IMG/VR virus record: IMGVR_UViG_3300027683_000020
Coordinates: 1 to 25,287 of that record
Reading direction: 5' to 3' (one strand)
DNA length: 25,287 nt
Source of the DNA: a virus
Taxonomy: Duplodnaviria > Caudoviricetes
Shown: piece after piece, positions 1-10,900 of the stretch
Numbering within the stretch: position 1 is the stretch's first letter
How the letters are laid out: every line of letters begins with the position of its first letter
The notes under the pieces: model-generated
Told to the model about the DNA's origin: nothing
Seen by the model: the letters and a program-made list of their open reading frames with translations, nothing else
Databases searched by the model: none
Program-made: the position numbers and the translations under genes

Positions 1-2
1 TT

Positions 3-737
3 ACTATAGGATTAAAAGATATTGATGAGACTATTAAATATTATTTTGATAATGTTATAAAACCTTACGTCTCTCAAAATGGAGCTAGAGTAGCTGTCCC
101 TGTAATTTATGGTTCACCTGAAAGATGGAAGTCAGTTCAACATGATGGGTATTATAAAGATGTTAATGGTAGGATTATGGCTCCTCTTATCATGTATAAA
201 AGAACATCTATTGATAGAAATAGAGGTATGACTTCTAAAGTTGACTCTAATTTTCCTCAAACTTATGCTGTTTTCCAACAAAAATACACTAAACAAAATT
301 TTTACAATCAATTAAGTGTATTAAATGGAGCTACCCCTATTAAAACTTACCAAGCTGTAGTGATACCAGATTTTGTTACTCTTAATTATTCTTGTATGAT
401 ATACACATATTATATGGAACAATTAAACAAAATTGTAGAAGCTATAAACTACGCTGCTGATTCATATTGGGGTGATCCTCAAAGATTTAAATTTAAAGCT
501 AATATAGGTTCATATCAAACTATAACAGAACTAAATGTTGGACAGCAACGTACAGTTAGAGGATCTTTTGAAATTAAATTAAATGGTTATATAATTCCTG
601 ATGTAATTCAAAAGGATCTTAATGCTGTTAAGAAATTTTCTAGTGATTCAACTATTAACATTTCTTCAGAGAATATTGAAAATCTAGGTAGGTCTACATC
701 TAATAACTTTATAGAAGATATCAATACTAATCTTTAA
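3..737 (+). CDS. Tail terminator / sheath stabiliser-completion protein (T4 gp15-like), 5'-truncated by the window
   Basis: The frame of ORF 177..737 is open back to base 3 (TIGLKDIDETIKYYFDNVIKP...VAVPVIYGSPERWKSVQHDG...), so the true start lies upstream of the window. The VPVIYGSPERW and P(DF)VTLNY...EQLNKIVEAI motifs and the position ahead of sheath and tube resemble gp15-type proteins. Confidence 0.6.
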   Translation, partial: TIGLKDIDETIKYYFDNVIKPYVSQNGARVAVPVIYGSPERWKSVQHDGYYKDVNGRIMAPLIMYKRTSIDRNRGMTSKVDSNFPQTYAVFQQKYTKQNFYNQLSVLNGATPIKTYQAVVIPDFVTLNYSCMIYTYYMEQLNKIVEAINYAADSYWGDPQRFKFKANIGSYQTITELNVGQQRTVRGSFEIKLNGYIIPDVIQKDLNAVKKFSSDSTINISSENIENLGRSTSNNFIEDINTNL

Positions 738-755
738 TTTTACAAGAAAATTTCC

Positions 756-764
756 ATATTTATA
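756..764 (+). promoter_or_regulatory. ATATTTATA motif, putative phage late promoter
   Basis: Intergenic copy 3 nt before the ATG at 768. The same motif recurs ahead of many genes in the window. Confidence 0.55.
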
Positions 765-767
765 TTC

Positions 768-1019
768 ATGGAAAATGTTATAAAATTAGAAGATAGTGAA
801 ATCCTTCAAATCAAAAATTTACAAGACCAACAGGACTCTTTAATTAATTCATTTGGACAACTTGAATATCAAATTCAACTTCTTGAACTACAAAAAAAAG
901 GTTTATTAGAACTTTTAGAAAGTATAAGAACTAAAGAAAAAGACTTAGCCCAAGAATTAACTCAAAAGTATGGTAATGGTACAATAAATATTGAAGAGGG
1001 TGTTTTTACTAAAACCTAA
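768..1019 (+). CDS. Small coiled-coil hypothetical protein (83 aa)
   Basis: Leu/Gln/Glu heptad-like helix ending in KYGNGTINIEEGVF. It fills the gap between the gp15-like and sheath genes and has the upstream motif. Confidence 0.75.
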   Translation: MENVIKLEDSEILQIKNLQDQQDSLINSFGQLEYQIQLLELQKKGLLELLESIRTKEKDLAQELTQKYGNGTINIEEGVFTKT

Positions 1020-1039
1020 TTTTTTTGAAATTTTCCATG

Positions 1040-1048
1040 GTATTTATT
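1040..1048 (+). promoter_or_regulatory. GTATTTATT variant of the late promoter-like motif
   Basis: Intergenic, about 33 nt before the sheath ATG. It is preceded by GAAATTTTCCAT, similar to GAAAATTTCCAT at the 756 copy. Confidence 0.45.
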
Positions 1049-1081
1049 TAAGACAATATATATTAACCTTTTTTAAACAAC

Positions 1082-3190
1082 ATGGCAGAACAAATAATCT
1101 CCCCAGGGGTATTCTACAATGAGAATGTTCCTACCGTCCTTGAGGCGGCTGCTGCTCCTATAGGCGCGGCTATTGTGGGTCCTACAGTATTAGGACCAGT
1201 TGGAATACCAACAGTTGTCACTACTTACAGTGAATTTTTAACTAAATTTGGTGGAGCTATAGTTAGTGGTGGTATACCCCATTCTTACTTCACAGCTATC
1301 TCAGCTCAAAATTACTTTAAGCAAGGTGGTACCAATTTATTGGTGACTAGAGTAGCTAATGGATCATTTACAGCTGCTACTTCTTCAACAGTTACAAATA
1401 ATAGTACAGTTATAGCAGGAGTTAGAGCTACTGGAAGTACTACTTTAGCGGCTGCTTTTACTGATGGAACTGAAGCTAGAATAACTTATAGCAGTACTGT
1501 TTACAGATTCCAGGCTTCTGGTCTTCCTTTACCTCCAGATGATGTTGATGGAAATTTATATTTCTTCTTAACAGGTTCAACAGCTACAGAAACCGCTACT
1601 AATTTAAAAAATGAAATTAATAATGCTTTATCAGGTTCTTTAGCTTCATCAAGTAACTTGTTTATAGCTAATAATGCGGGTGCTGTTATATCTTTATCAG
1701 GTTCAAGTACTGGCACAGCCTTTAATGGTGTTACTTTCTCTACAGGATCTGGTGGTTTTTATGCCACTCAATTTACTTTAGGGGGTGGTGTTAATCAAAC
1801 TGGGACAGGAAATGCTTTTGTATTAAAAACTATTTCTCAAGGGGCTATTATGAACAACTCAGGCACTGAAACTAGTGCAGGTGCTTTAGCTTCAGGTTCA
1901 AACTATAATTTAAGATGGGAAATTTCAACAGTTGATTCTAGCTCAGGTATATTTACTCTCTTAATTAGACAGGGTGATGACAGAACATCTGACAAGAATA
2001 TTCTTGAGACATGGAGAGGAGTTTCTCTTGACCCAACTAGAGAAGACTATATTGCTAAAGTAATTGGTAACCAACAATTCTCAACTGGGTTAGATGGTAC
2101 TGATGCTTATATTTCTATAAATGGTGAATATCCGAATAGAAGTAAATATGTAGTTGTTAGTAATGTTAATGCTCCTACTCCTTATTATCTAGATGGAGCA
2201 GGTAACTTTAAGCCTGAATTTACTTCTTCACTCCCTGCTGTTCAAAGTGGTTCATTTGGGGCTGCTACAGGTGATTTATTTGCTATTGGAGAAGTTAAGT
2301 GGAATAATGATATTACAGCTAATAATACTCAAGGTTTAATAGCTGATAACTATACAGCTTCTCTTAACTTATTAAGAAATAAAGACCAATACGCATTTAA
2401 TGTAATTAGTGTTCCTGGTTTATGGTACGCTGCTCATAGCTCAACTCTTAATACTCTTATCACAAATACAACTACTAGAGGTGATAGTATTTTACCACTA
2501 GACTTAGTAGCTTATGGTGCTAATACAACAGATGTTGTAAACCAAGCTGTTAGTGTTAATAGTAGTTACGCAGCTGCTTATTGGCCTTGGTTGTTAGTTA
2601 AGGATGATAACACCGGAGCTAATGTTTGGTGCCCAGCTTCAACAATTATACCTTCAGTTTATGTTTACAACGACAATACTTCTGAAGCTTGGTTTGCTCC
2701 TGCTGGTTTTACCAGAGGTACAATGCCTAATGTTGTCACTCCTGAAAAAACATTACCAAGAAGTTTAAGAGATACTCTATATAATAATAAAGTTAATGCT
2801 ATTGCTACATTCCCAGGAACTGGTGTTGTAGTTTACGGTCAGAAAACACTACAAACTGTAGCTTCTGCTCTTGATAGAGTTAACGTTAGAAGATTATTGA
2901 TTACTCTAAAATCATATATCGGTACTGTCTCTCAGAACTTGGTGTTTGAACCTAACTCATTACAAACCAGAAACAGCTTCTTAAGTGTTGTTAACCCATA
3001 CTTAGAAACAGTTCAACAAAACCAAGGTCTATACGCCTTTAAAGTTGTAATGGACGCTTCAAACAATGGGCCTGACGTAATTGACAGAAATGAATTGAGA
3101 GGTGCGATCTATTTACAGCCAGTTAAAACTGCTGAATTTATTGTATTGGATTTCAACATTCTCCCAACAGGAGCTGAATTCCCAGCATAA
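1082..3190 (+). CDS. Contractile tail sheath protein (T4 gp18 / Phage_sheath_1 family)
   Basis: N-terminal SPGVFYNE, GP..GPVGIPTVVTTYSEFLTKFG and YFKQGG..LLVTRV. C-terminal YAAAYWPW, WFAPAGFTRG, RDTLYNNKVNAI, VYGQKTLQ..SALDRVNVRRL, FEPN and IYLQPVKTAEFI. Confidence 0.96.
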   Translation: MAEQIISPGVFYNENVPTVLEAAAAPIGAAIVGPTVLGPVGIPTVVTTYSEFLTKFGGAIVSGGIPHSYFTAISAQNYFKQGGTNLLVTRVANGSFTAATSSTVTNNSTVIAGVRATGSTTLAAAFTDGTEARITYSSTVYRFQASGLPLPPDDVDGNLYFFLTGSTATETATNLKNEINNALSGSLASSSNLFIANNAGAVISLSGSSTGTAFNGVTFSTGSGGFYATQFTLGGGVNQTGTGNAFVLKTISQGAIMNNSGTETSAGALASGSNYNLRWEISTVDSSSGIFTLLIRQGDDRTSDKNILETWRGVSLDPTREDYIAKVIGNQQFSTGLDGTDAYISINGEYPNRSKYVVVSNVNAPTPYYLDGAGNFKPEFTSSLPAVQSGSFGAATGDLFAIGEVKWNNDITANNTQGLIADNYTASLNLLRNKDQYAFNVISVPGLWYAAHSSTLNTLITNTTTRGDSILPLDLVAYGANTTDVVNQAVSVNSSYAAAYWPWLLVKDDNTGANVWCPASTIIPSVYVYNDNTSEAWFAPAGFTRGTMPNVVTPEKTLPRSLRDTLYNNKVNAIATFPGTGVVVYGQKTLQTVASALDRVNVRRLLITLKSYIGTVSQNLVFEPNSLQTRNSFLSVVNPYLETVQQNQGLYAFKVVMDASNNGPDVIDRNELRGAIYLQPVKTAEFIVLDFNILPTGAEFPA

Positions 3191-3207
3191 TAGAATTAGT
3201 TTAATTA

Positions 3208-3220
3208 ATATGTATAAATA
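3208..3220 (+). promoter_or_regulatory. ATATGTATA variant overlapping TATAAATA, upstream of the tube gene
   Basis: Intergenic AATATGTATAAATA: a one-mismatch copy of the motif that also contains the T4 late consensus TATAAATA (3213-3220). Confidence 0.45.
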
Positions 3221-3242
3221 ACAATATTAAAATAATAAAAAA

Positions 3243-3731
3243 ATGGCAATTTTAGATCCAAACGAAATATTTTTCACAGCGTTTGAACCCAAACAGCAGA
3301 ATAGATACATAATGTTAGTTGATGGTGTTCCATCATATTTCATTAAGGGTGTCGGAGCGATTTCATTAACACAAGGCGAAGTAACTCTTAACCACATTAA
3401 TGTGTATAGAAAAGTTAAGGGTAAAACAACTTGGGGTAATGTTCAGTTAACACTTCATGATCCAATCTCTCCATCAGGTACACAAACTATTATGGAATGG
3501 GTTAGATTACACCACGAATCAGTAACAGGTAGAGATGGTTATTCCGACTTTTATAAGAAGGATGTAACATTAAACATTTTAGGTCCTGTAGGTGATATCG
3601 TTTCTGAGTGGGTGTTAAAAGGATGCTTCATTGTTGATGCTAACTTTGGTGATTATGGTTGGGATAACGAAAGTGCAGCTGTAAACATTACAATGACTTT
3701 AGCTCCTGACTACTGCATATTAAACTACTAA
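3243..3731 (+). CDS. Tail tube protein (T4 gp19-like)
   Basis: 162 aa directly after the sheath. Motifs FEPKQQNRY, KGKTTWGNVQLTLHDP, MEWVRL..TGRDGYSDFYKKD and GPVGDIVSEWVLKGCF are typical of tube proteins. Confidence 0.9.
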   Translation: MAILDPNEIFFTAFEPKQQNRYIMLVDGVPSYFIKGVGAISLTQGEVTLNHINVYRKVKGKTTWGNVQLTLHDPISPSGTQTIMEWVRLHHESVTGRDGYSDFYKKDVTLNILGPVGDIVSEWVLKGCFIVDANFGDYGWDNESAAVNITMTLAPDYCILNY

Positions 3732-3754
3732 TATCAGAATAGAGACCTTATTAG

Positions 3755-3784
3755 AAAGAGCGCGTGAAAACGCGCTCTTTTTAT
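3755..3784 (+). terminator. Rho-independent terminator after the tube gene
   Basis: Perfect inverted repeat AAAGAGCGCGT-GAAA-ACGCGCTCTTT running into TTAT, GC-rich in an AT-rich context. Confidence 0.85.
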
Positions 3785-3792
3785 CTCTCGAT

Positions 3793-3801
3793 ATATTTAT
3801 A
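3793..3801 (+). promoter_or_regulatory. ATATTTATA motif, putative late promoter
   Basis: Lies immediately after the terminator and 36 nt before the ATG at 3838, where a new promoter would be needed. Confidence 0.6.
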
Positions 3802-3837
3802 TCAAATAAACATTTATATTCAAAAGTTATTAATAAC

Positions 3838-4659
3838 ATGAGTGAAGAAACACCACAATTAAATCCTATTGTAACAGATTCTGTTACACCTGTTCAACCT
3901 GTTGAACAAAGTAAACCAAAATATGACTTCCCAACTGAAGTTGTAGAATTACCTTCTAAAGGTCTCCTTTACCCTAAAGACAATCCTCTCTCTTCAGGTA
4001 AAATTGAGATGAAGTATATGACCGCTAAAGAAGAGGATATTTTAACAAACCAAAACTACATCAAACAAGGTATTGTTCTTGACAAATTGATGCAATCTTT
4101 AATTGTATCTAAGGTTAATTATGATGATCTTGTAGTAGGTGATAAGAATGCTGTTATGGTTGCTTCTCGTATTTTAGGTTATGGTAAAGATTATACCTTT
4201 GAATATGATGGACAAGAAGTAACAGTTGATCTTTCAGAAATTGAACCTAAATGGATTAATGAAGAACATTTAGTTGAGCCTTATACTAATGAGTTTAAAT
4301 ACACATTACCCCACTCAGGTACTCATATAACTTTTAAAATCTTAAGCAATAAAGATGAAAAAGCTATTGAAGCTGAAGTTAAAGGTTTAAAAAAGATAAA
4401 TAAACTTTCTTCTCCTGAGTTGTCTACTCGTTTAAAGCAGATGATTCTTTCTGTAAATGGAGATGATTCAAGAAAGACTATTAGAGATTTTGTTGATAAC
4501 CATTTCTTAGCTCGAGATTCAAGAGCCTTAAGAGAACATATTAAAGAGATACAGCCCGATATGGATCTTACATTTGATTTCTATCCTGAAAATGGAGATG
4601 ATACTCAAGAAAATGTAAAGATTCCTATAGGGGTCACGTTTTTTTGGCCTGACGCCTGA
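3838..4659 (+). CDS. Tail assembly chaperone / baseplate hub assembly protein (T4 gp26-like)
   Basis: VELPSKGLLYP, MKYMTAKEEDILT, DLVVGDKNAVMVASRILGYG, then a second LPHSGTHITFKIL half and a C-terminal FFWP. Located between tube and tape measure genes. Confidence 0.75.
   Translation: MSEETPQLNPIVTDSVTPVQPVEQSKPKYDFPTEVVELPSKGLLYPKDNPLSSGKIEMKYMTAKEEDILTNQNYIKQGIVLDKLMQSLIVSKVNYDDLVVGDKNAVMVASRILGYGKDYTFEYDGQEVTVDLSEIEPKWINEEHLVEPYTNEFKYTLPHSGTHITFKILSNKDEKAIEAEVKGLKKINKLSSPELSTRLKQMILSVNGDDSRKTIRDFVDNHFLARDSRALREHIKEIQPDMDLTFDFYPENGDDTQENVKIPIGVTFFWPDA
4639..4645 (+). other. Putative programmed ribosomal frameshift site (TTT TTT T; +1 or -2)
   Basis: A T7 run lies in the only overlap (4631-4656) between the 3838 frame and the frame of the 4673 ORF. 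The shifted read is FFGLTPEYRIYMFEMIH... Confidence 0.6.
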
Positions 4660-4672
4660 GTATAGAATATAT

Positions 4673-4903
4673 ATGTTTGAAATGATACACGATATCGTGT
4701 TTCATGGGAATGGAGGATTTGATTGGCATACTATATATAATATGCCTATTTGGTTAAGAAAGTTTACTTATAACAAATTAATCAAACATTTTAGAGAAAA
4801 GAATGAGGCTCAAAACTCAACTACTCAAACAAGTAAAGGTAAAGTTCGCCAAATAAACTTCGAAGCTCCTCCATCAGATATTAGACCAGGAGAAAGGATA
4901 TAA
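4673..4903 (+). CDS. Second part of tail assembly chaperone (gp51 / lambda gpT analogue), probably made as a frameshift fusion from about 4640
   Basis: HGNGGFDWHTIYNMPIWLRKF resembles the 'xxxIxxMPxWxR' pattern of chaperone C-terminal extensions. It lies directly before the tape measure gene. Confidence 0.7.
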   Translation: MFEMIHDIVFHGNGGFDWHTIYNMPIWLRKFTYNKLIKHFREKNEAQNSTTQTSKGKVRQINFEAPPSDIRPGERI

Positions 4904-4940
4904 AAAAAGGGTAACGCTAAAAACGTTACCCTTTAATATT
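4902..4940. terminator. Intrinsic terminator-like hairpin, possibly bidirectional
   Basis: AAAGGGTAACG-CTAAAAA-CGTTACCCTTT (4906-4934), with an A7 run on the 5' side and TTTAATATTT on the 3' side. Confidence 0.7.
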
Positions 4941-4944
4941 TATA
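4936..4944 (+). promoter_or_regulatory. ATATTTATA motif, putative late promoter for the tape measure gene
   Basis: Immediately after the hairpin and 18 nt before the ATG at 4963. Confidence 0.6.
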
Positions 4945-4962
4945 ATAAACTATTTCTTTAAT

Positions 4963-7900
4963 ATGGCTTCTGAAGAACAACTAAATAATCAAAAAGAATT
5001 CAATAGTGCTTTAGCAGACGCCCAAGAATTTATAGGGCTAATAACATCTCGAACTAGTGATTTAGTTGACGCTTTTAGAAGACTAAACAACAGAAGCAGA
5101 GATGTTACCAGAGATCAATCTGAGGCTTTAAAGATTTTAAAATCTATAAACACTGCAGCTCGTAATTTAACTAGTGAATATTCTTCTTTAAAAGAAATTA
5201 CTAATAAAATTAAAGAAGCTAAAAAAGATCAAATTAAATTAGATAATACTATATTATCATTAGAACAAAAATTAGAAGATAGTCAAAAAAGCAGAATAGA
5301 AGCTTTTCAAAAAGGTCAATCTGAGATAAATAAAAGAGAACAAGTATATGCTCGATTAGTTGAAAAATCTTCAAAAGAATCTGTAGAAGCTGCCAATCAA
5401 ATTATTTCTTTAAGAGATGAAATAAGCAAAAAACAAAATGCTTATAGTGAGCTTGAAAAGAATATTGATAAAAAAAGTTATGAAGAAAAGAAAAAGAAAG
5501 AAGCCCAATTATTAGCTGCCAAAAAATTAGCCCTAGATGAATTAAATCAAGCCCAAACTATCTCAAACAAAAAAAGTAGAAGGGAAGCTGAAGAAAGTGC
5601 CGCTCGAAAATTAACAGCTTTAAAAGAAGAAGAAAAGATACTTAAAAACTCTTATACAGCTGAAGAAAAAAGATTTGATGCCGCTAGAGAAGTTATAAAA
5701 GAAAAACAAAATGAACTTCAAATAAAAGAATCTTTAGCTGATCAAGAAACTAATACCTTAATAGCAGCCCAGACAAAATTAAATTTATCAAAAGATGAAT
5801 TTGGTCAATTATCTAGAAATTTATCAATTCAAGAAAAACAATACTTACAGCTTCTAGAAGCTAAAGGAGAACATGAAAAAATACTTAAATTTTTAGAAGA
5901 ACAAGAGGAAAAAACAGCTAAAACTTTAAAAGAACAAGAAGAAAAACAAAATAGAATAAATAAAAGTTTAGGTTTATTTAATCTTACTTTAGGAGCAGCT
6001 AGTGGTCTTTTAGAAGGTTTAGGTCTTAAAGGAGCTTCTATAGCTTTAGGATTTGAAGAAGGTAAAAAAGCCGCTGAAGAAATGGCTAGGAAGATTGAAA
6101 GTGGGGAGGAATCAACTGGAGTACTTGGTAAAAATATTAAAGTATTAGGAGCGGGTATTGCTGCTACATTTAAAGGTATAGCTAGTGATATTAAAAAAGC
6201 TTTATCATTTACAGCTTTAGTAGCAGGAGTAAGTAAATTATTTGGAGGACTTGTTAGAAACATAGCTTCAATGATTGGGAAAGGATTAAAAGGTGCTTTT
6301 AATGTCCTTATTAGTCCCGCTAAACAAGTAGTAAGTGAAATTGGAGGTTTATTTTCTGAAGGGATTGATTATATTAAAAATTCTTTCTTTAGTGTAAAAG
6401 GATTTATGGATTCTTTCAAAGAAGGTGAAAGTCTAATGAAAGAATTATCTTTAGCTACTGAAAAAATAGCTACAGATTTAGGTGTTTCAACTAAAGAAGC
6501 TCAAGGATTAACCAATCAAGTAGCTAAATTTAGTGGTGAAATGGGTGCTTTCCCTGAAGTATTAGCCGCAAATATGGTTGAACTTAACAAAGCATTTGGC
6601 ACCACAATGGAATTCTCAGATGCTACAGCCAGATCGTATAATAGACTTATAGAACGTGCTGGATTTGCAACTGAAGAAGCAGCTGAGTTTGTTAAACTTT
6701 CTCAACTACGAGGTGAAAGTGTCAATGACACTTTAAAAGGTTATGAAGATGAGATAATGTATTTAAAAGCCGTCAACAATTCAGCTGTATCTCAAAAAGA
6801 AGTTTTACAAGAAATAGCTAAAGCTAGTTCTGCTACAAGATTAACATTTAGAGGTCAAGGTAAGAATTTAGCAGAAGCTGCCTTCCAAGCTAAATCTTTA
6901 GGTTTAGAAATGAGTAAATTAGAAGATATAGGTGGTAGTTTACTCAATTTTGAAGATTCTATAGCTAAAGAAATGGAAGCTGAATTGCTTATTGGTAGAG
7001 ATTTAAATCTTGAAAGAGCCAGACAAGCTGCCTTACAGGGTGACTCAGCTACTTTAGCTAAAGAATTAGCTAAAAATATAGGATCAGCAGCTGAATTTGG
7101 TAAAAAGAATGTTATTCAACAAGAAGCTTTAGCAGCAGCTGTTGGTATGACTCGTGATGAGTTAGCTAAAACATTAGAAACCCAAGAATTATTAGCAGGG
7201 ACAGGCCTTTCAGATATGAACCAGGCTCAAGCAGAATATAATAAGATGCTTGAAGAGACTGGAGATGCTGAAAAGGCCGCTGCTAAATTTAGACAAAAAT
7301 ATGGTAATGAAGCCTTATCACAACAGGTAGCTAAAGTAGCTTATGCTAAACAGGATGAACTTCGCCAAAGACAATTAGTAGCTACTCAAATGGAGATGGC
7401 TAAAGCTATGTTACCTGTAGCTCAAGCTTTTAGAAGAATACAACAAATTGTTCAAACTTTAAGAAAAGAATTAATAGAAAAAATACAGCCTTTCTTGAAA
7501 GCATTTGGGGGGTTAGTTGGACAGGGTGGAAAAAGTTTTGAAGAAATGGCTAAAGGTCCTGTTGGAAAATTAGGTGAAAAGTTAAATGATATAGGTTTAA
7601 AACTTGTTGAATTTTTTAAGATACATGGGCCTGAAATAAAAAAGATATTTTCACAAATATTTGATGTGTTTGGGGCTATTTACTCTAAAGTTGGAGAAGT
7701 AATTGGTGAACTCTTTAGTATGGAAGATGCTAATAAAGGAGCTTCAGGAGTACTTGGAGGCATGTCTGATATTTTAAGTGGAGTAGTTGAATATATTAAA
7801 AATATAGATGCTAAAAAATTAGCTGAGGATATTAAAGGTTTTGTAGAAAAAATAAAAGGAATTTCTGATAAGGTAAAAGAAACAATAGATAAAGTTGATA

Positions 7901-10900
7901 AGTTTATTCAAAATAACCCAACATTAATTAAATTGTTAGGTGGGGGGGCTTTAGCTATAACTTTAAGTAATAAAGTAGCTCCTGAACTTACTAAAGCTGT
8001 TTTAGGTGCTGGTAGTAGCTTACTTAAAATGGCTGGAAGTAAAGCTGTAGATTTAGGTAAAACTCTTGGAAATAATATTAGTTCAAAATTAGGTTTTGGG
8101 AAAATATTTGGTATGACCAAATCTGATAAAGAAAACTTAGGTACTTCAGCCAGCAATCCTATGTATGTTGAAGTAACTAACGCTGGAGATATTGGGGGAG
8201 GTGCTGGAGCAGCTGGTGAAGGTTTAACTGATATAGTAGGTAAAATGGGAGGAAGGAAAGCTGGGGTTGGGGGTGGGTTTAGAGGTGGGGTTAAGGGAGC
8301 CTTATCTTATGCTAGAGATGCCTTTAAAGGAGGAAGAGCAGGGAAGGTAGGTAGAGCTAGATTAATTAGAGCTGCTAAAGGATTAGTAACAGGTAAAGGA
8401 CCTTCATTTGTTGGAGGAGCCGCTAAAGCTAGTAAAGCTGCCTCTACAGCTGCTCAAGCTGGTAAAGCAGTTTCTACAGCGGCCCGAGTAGGTAAAGTAG
8501 CTTCTACAGGCTTAAAATTAGCCAAAGGAGCTGCGGGTGGAATTGGTAAAGTAGCTTCTACCGGCTTAAAATTAGCCAAAGGAGCTGCGGGTGGAATTGG
8601 AAGTTTGCTTGGAGGTTTAGCTTTAGATTACGCAGCTAATAAAAAGAAAAATGAAGCTGCTGAAAAACGAGCTTTAGCTGCCCAAGCTACTACTGAAGAA
8701 GAACGTCAAAAACTCTTAAAAGAAGCTAGGAAGGCTGACACAACAGGCAAATTAGCTTCTATAGGAAGTTCAGCAGCTACTGGAGCGGGTATAGGAGCTA
8801 CAATAGGTAGTGTTGTTCCTGGGGTTGGTAATGTTATAGGAGGAGCTGTAGGAGGAGTAATTGGTGGTGGGATTGGTGTGGTTAAAGAATATGGTGATGA
8901 AATTAAAAAAGGATTAGGAGATGCTTTTACATCAGTTTCTAAAAAATCATCTGAAGTTTGGTCTTCAGTAAAAACTACAGGAGAAAATGTTTGGGGGGGA
9001 ATCACAGAAAAAGCTTCAGGATATTGGGATACTATCTCAGGTAAAGCAACAGACTCTTGGAATTCTGTAAAAGCAATAGGAGCGGATACTTGGAATTCTA
9101 TTACAGAAACAGCCAATGGAGCTTGGGAAGGTATAAAAGGATTTGGGTCAGGGATATGGGGCTCAATTAAAAGTGAAGGTGAATCTATCTGGGGAGGTAT
9201 AACTTCATCAGCTGATACTGCTTGGGAAGGTATAAAAGGAAAAGGTAAAGAAATTTGGAGTTCAATTAAAACTAAAGGTAAAGAAATTTGGGGTTCAATT
9301 GAAAATATCGCTAAAGCCCCTATTGATAAAATCAAATCTACCTTCTCAAATATATTCAACCTCGACTCAGGAATAATAGGTAAAACTAAAGACATATTTA
9401 AAAATTTACTTCCTGACTCTGTGGTAAGTATTATGACCAGTTTAGGTATATTAGAAGAAGAAAAGAAACCAACTCCTCCACCTAAACCCCAAAAGGTAAA
9501 AGATGGTTCTACAGTCTCAAACAAAGGACCGTTTACTATATCTGATAAATTTGGTAATATAGCCATTACTCATCCTCAAGATAAACTCGTAGTATCCCCG
9601 AATATTTCATATGTCAATGATGGGATATCATCCCCATCAAGAAATCAAGTCTTCCCTGTAAGTGAAGGATTCGGCAAATTAGATGTTAAAGTATCTCCTA
9701 AAGGAGTTATGGTTCAAAAGGTTAAGGATGGAGCTATTCCATCTGCCCCACTTTCTTATCAAGAAGTATTTGGTTCAACCTCTGCTACTCGTGTTATTAG
9801 TTCTAATGTTCTACGTGAATTAGGAATTCCTGGGGTGGATGATAAAAACTTTAAAAATCAATTTAGTTTAATAGCTCAAGGTAATACAAATCTTATACCC
9901 TCTTTAAGTGAAATGGGTAAAAGTAAAAAATTAACTCTTTTTACCCCATCCGGAACTGCTTTAGCTCAAGATTCTTTTATTGTAAAATATGCTGATGGAA
10001 AGACAAGCCAAATTTTAGATGAAGGTAATATTAAATTCCCTCAAGACTCATATCGTACCCAAGACTTAAAAGAAATATCAGCTTCTGGTAATGGTTTATT
10101 AGCTCTATCAAGAGCTCTTAATGAAGTTAAGCCTAAAGAAATAGAAATAGGTGGAGGAACTACTAAAACATTTTATCTCCCAGATCGATACAACATAGGA
10201 TTTAAACAAGAACGTCAAAGTTCTGCTATTAAATTTGATTCAGGTAAAATTAATGATTTATCTGAGATGTCTAATAGTTTAAATGATGCTTTATTATATT
10301 TAGCTGTAAATAGACAATCTATTCCTTTAGTTGAGGGTATTCCTACTACTATGCATAATATAAAAGTAGGTGGTGAGAGATATGAAGATCAATATAATTA
10401 CGCTAAAAATAAATATATTCCTTACACTATTTTAGGAAATACTAGAAATTTTATTCCTAAAGAAATGGGATATGGTAATGAAGCTTTAGCTGCTTCTAGT
10501 TTACCCCCCTATGATTTCTCAGGTGTATATGAGATTGTAAACAAAATTGAAAATAAAGTCCCTCAATTCAAAGACATTCGCACCCCAGAACATGGATCTA
10601 TAATTTCATTAGCTCAAAAAGCTTGGAAATTAATAATGGATTTATTTGTTCCTCAATATAAAGATAGAGCTTTAACCTTTATTGAAAAATATGTTTCTCC
10701 TAGTTTTTATGAAAAATTTAAGAATAATATAAATCCTAAAATAGGATCACCTATTCTTAAATTTGATGGTTTATTTAAAGATGTAAAAGTGTTAGCTGGG
10801 GAAGGTCCTCCTACGGCTAATCTCCAAAAAACAACCAGTCAGTACAGTGAAGGATTATCAGAAAGAATTTCTGATGGGGTTTTATTACCTAAAAAGAAAC

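Noticed and set aside
177-179. ATG at 177 as the start of the first gene
   Set aside because: The frame is open to the window edge with protein-like sequence, so the gene starts upstream.
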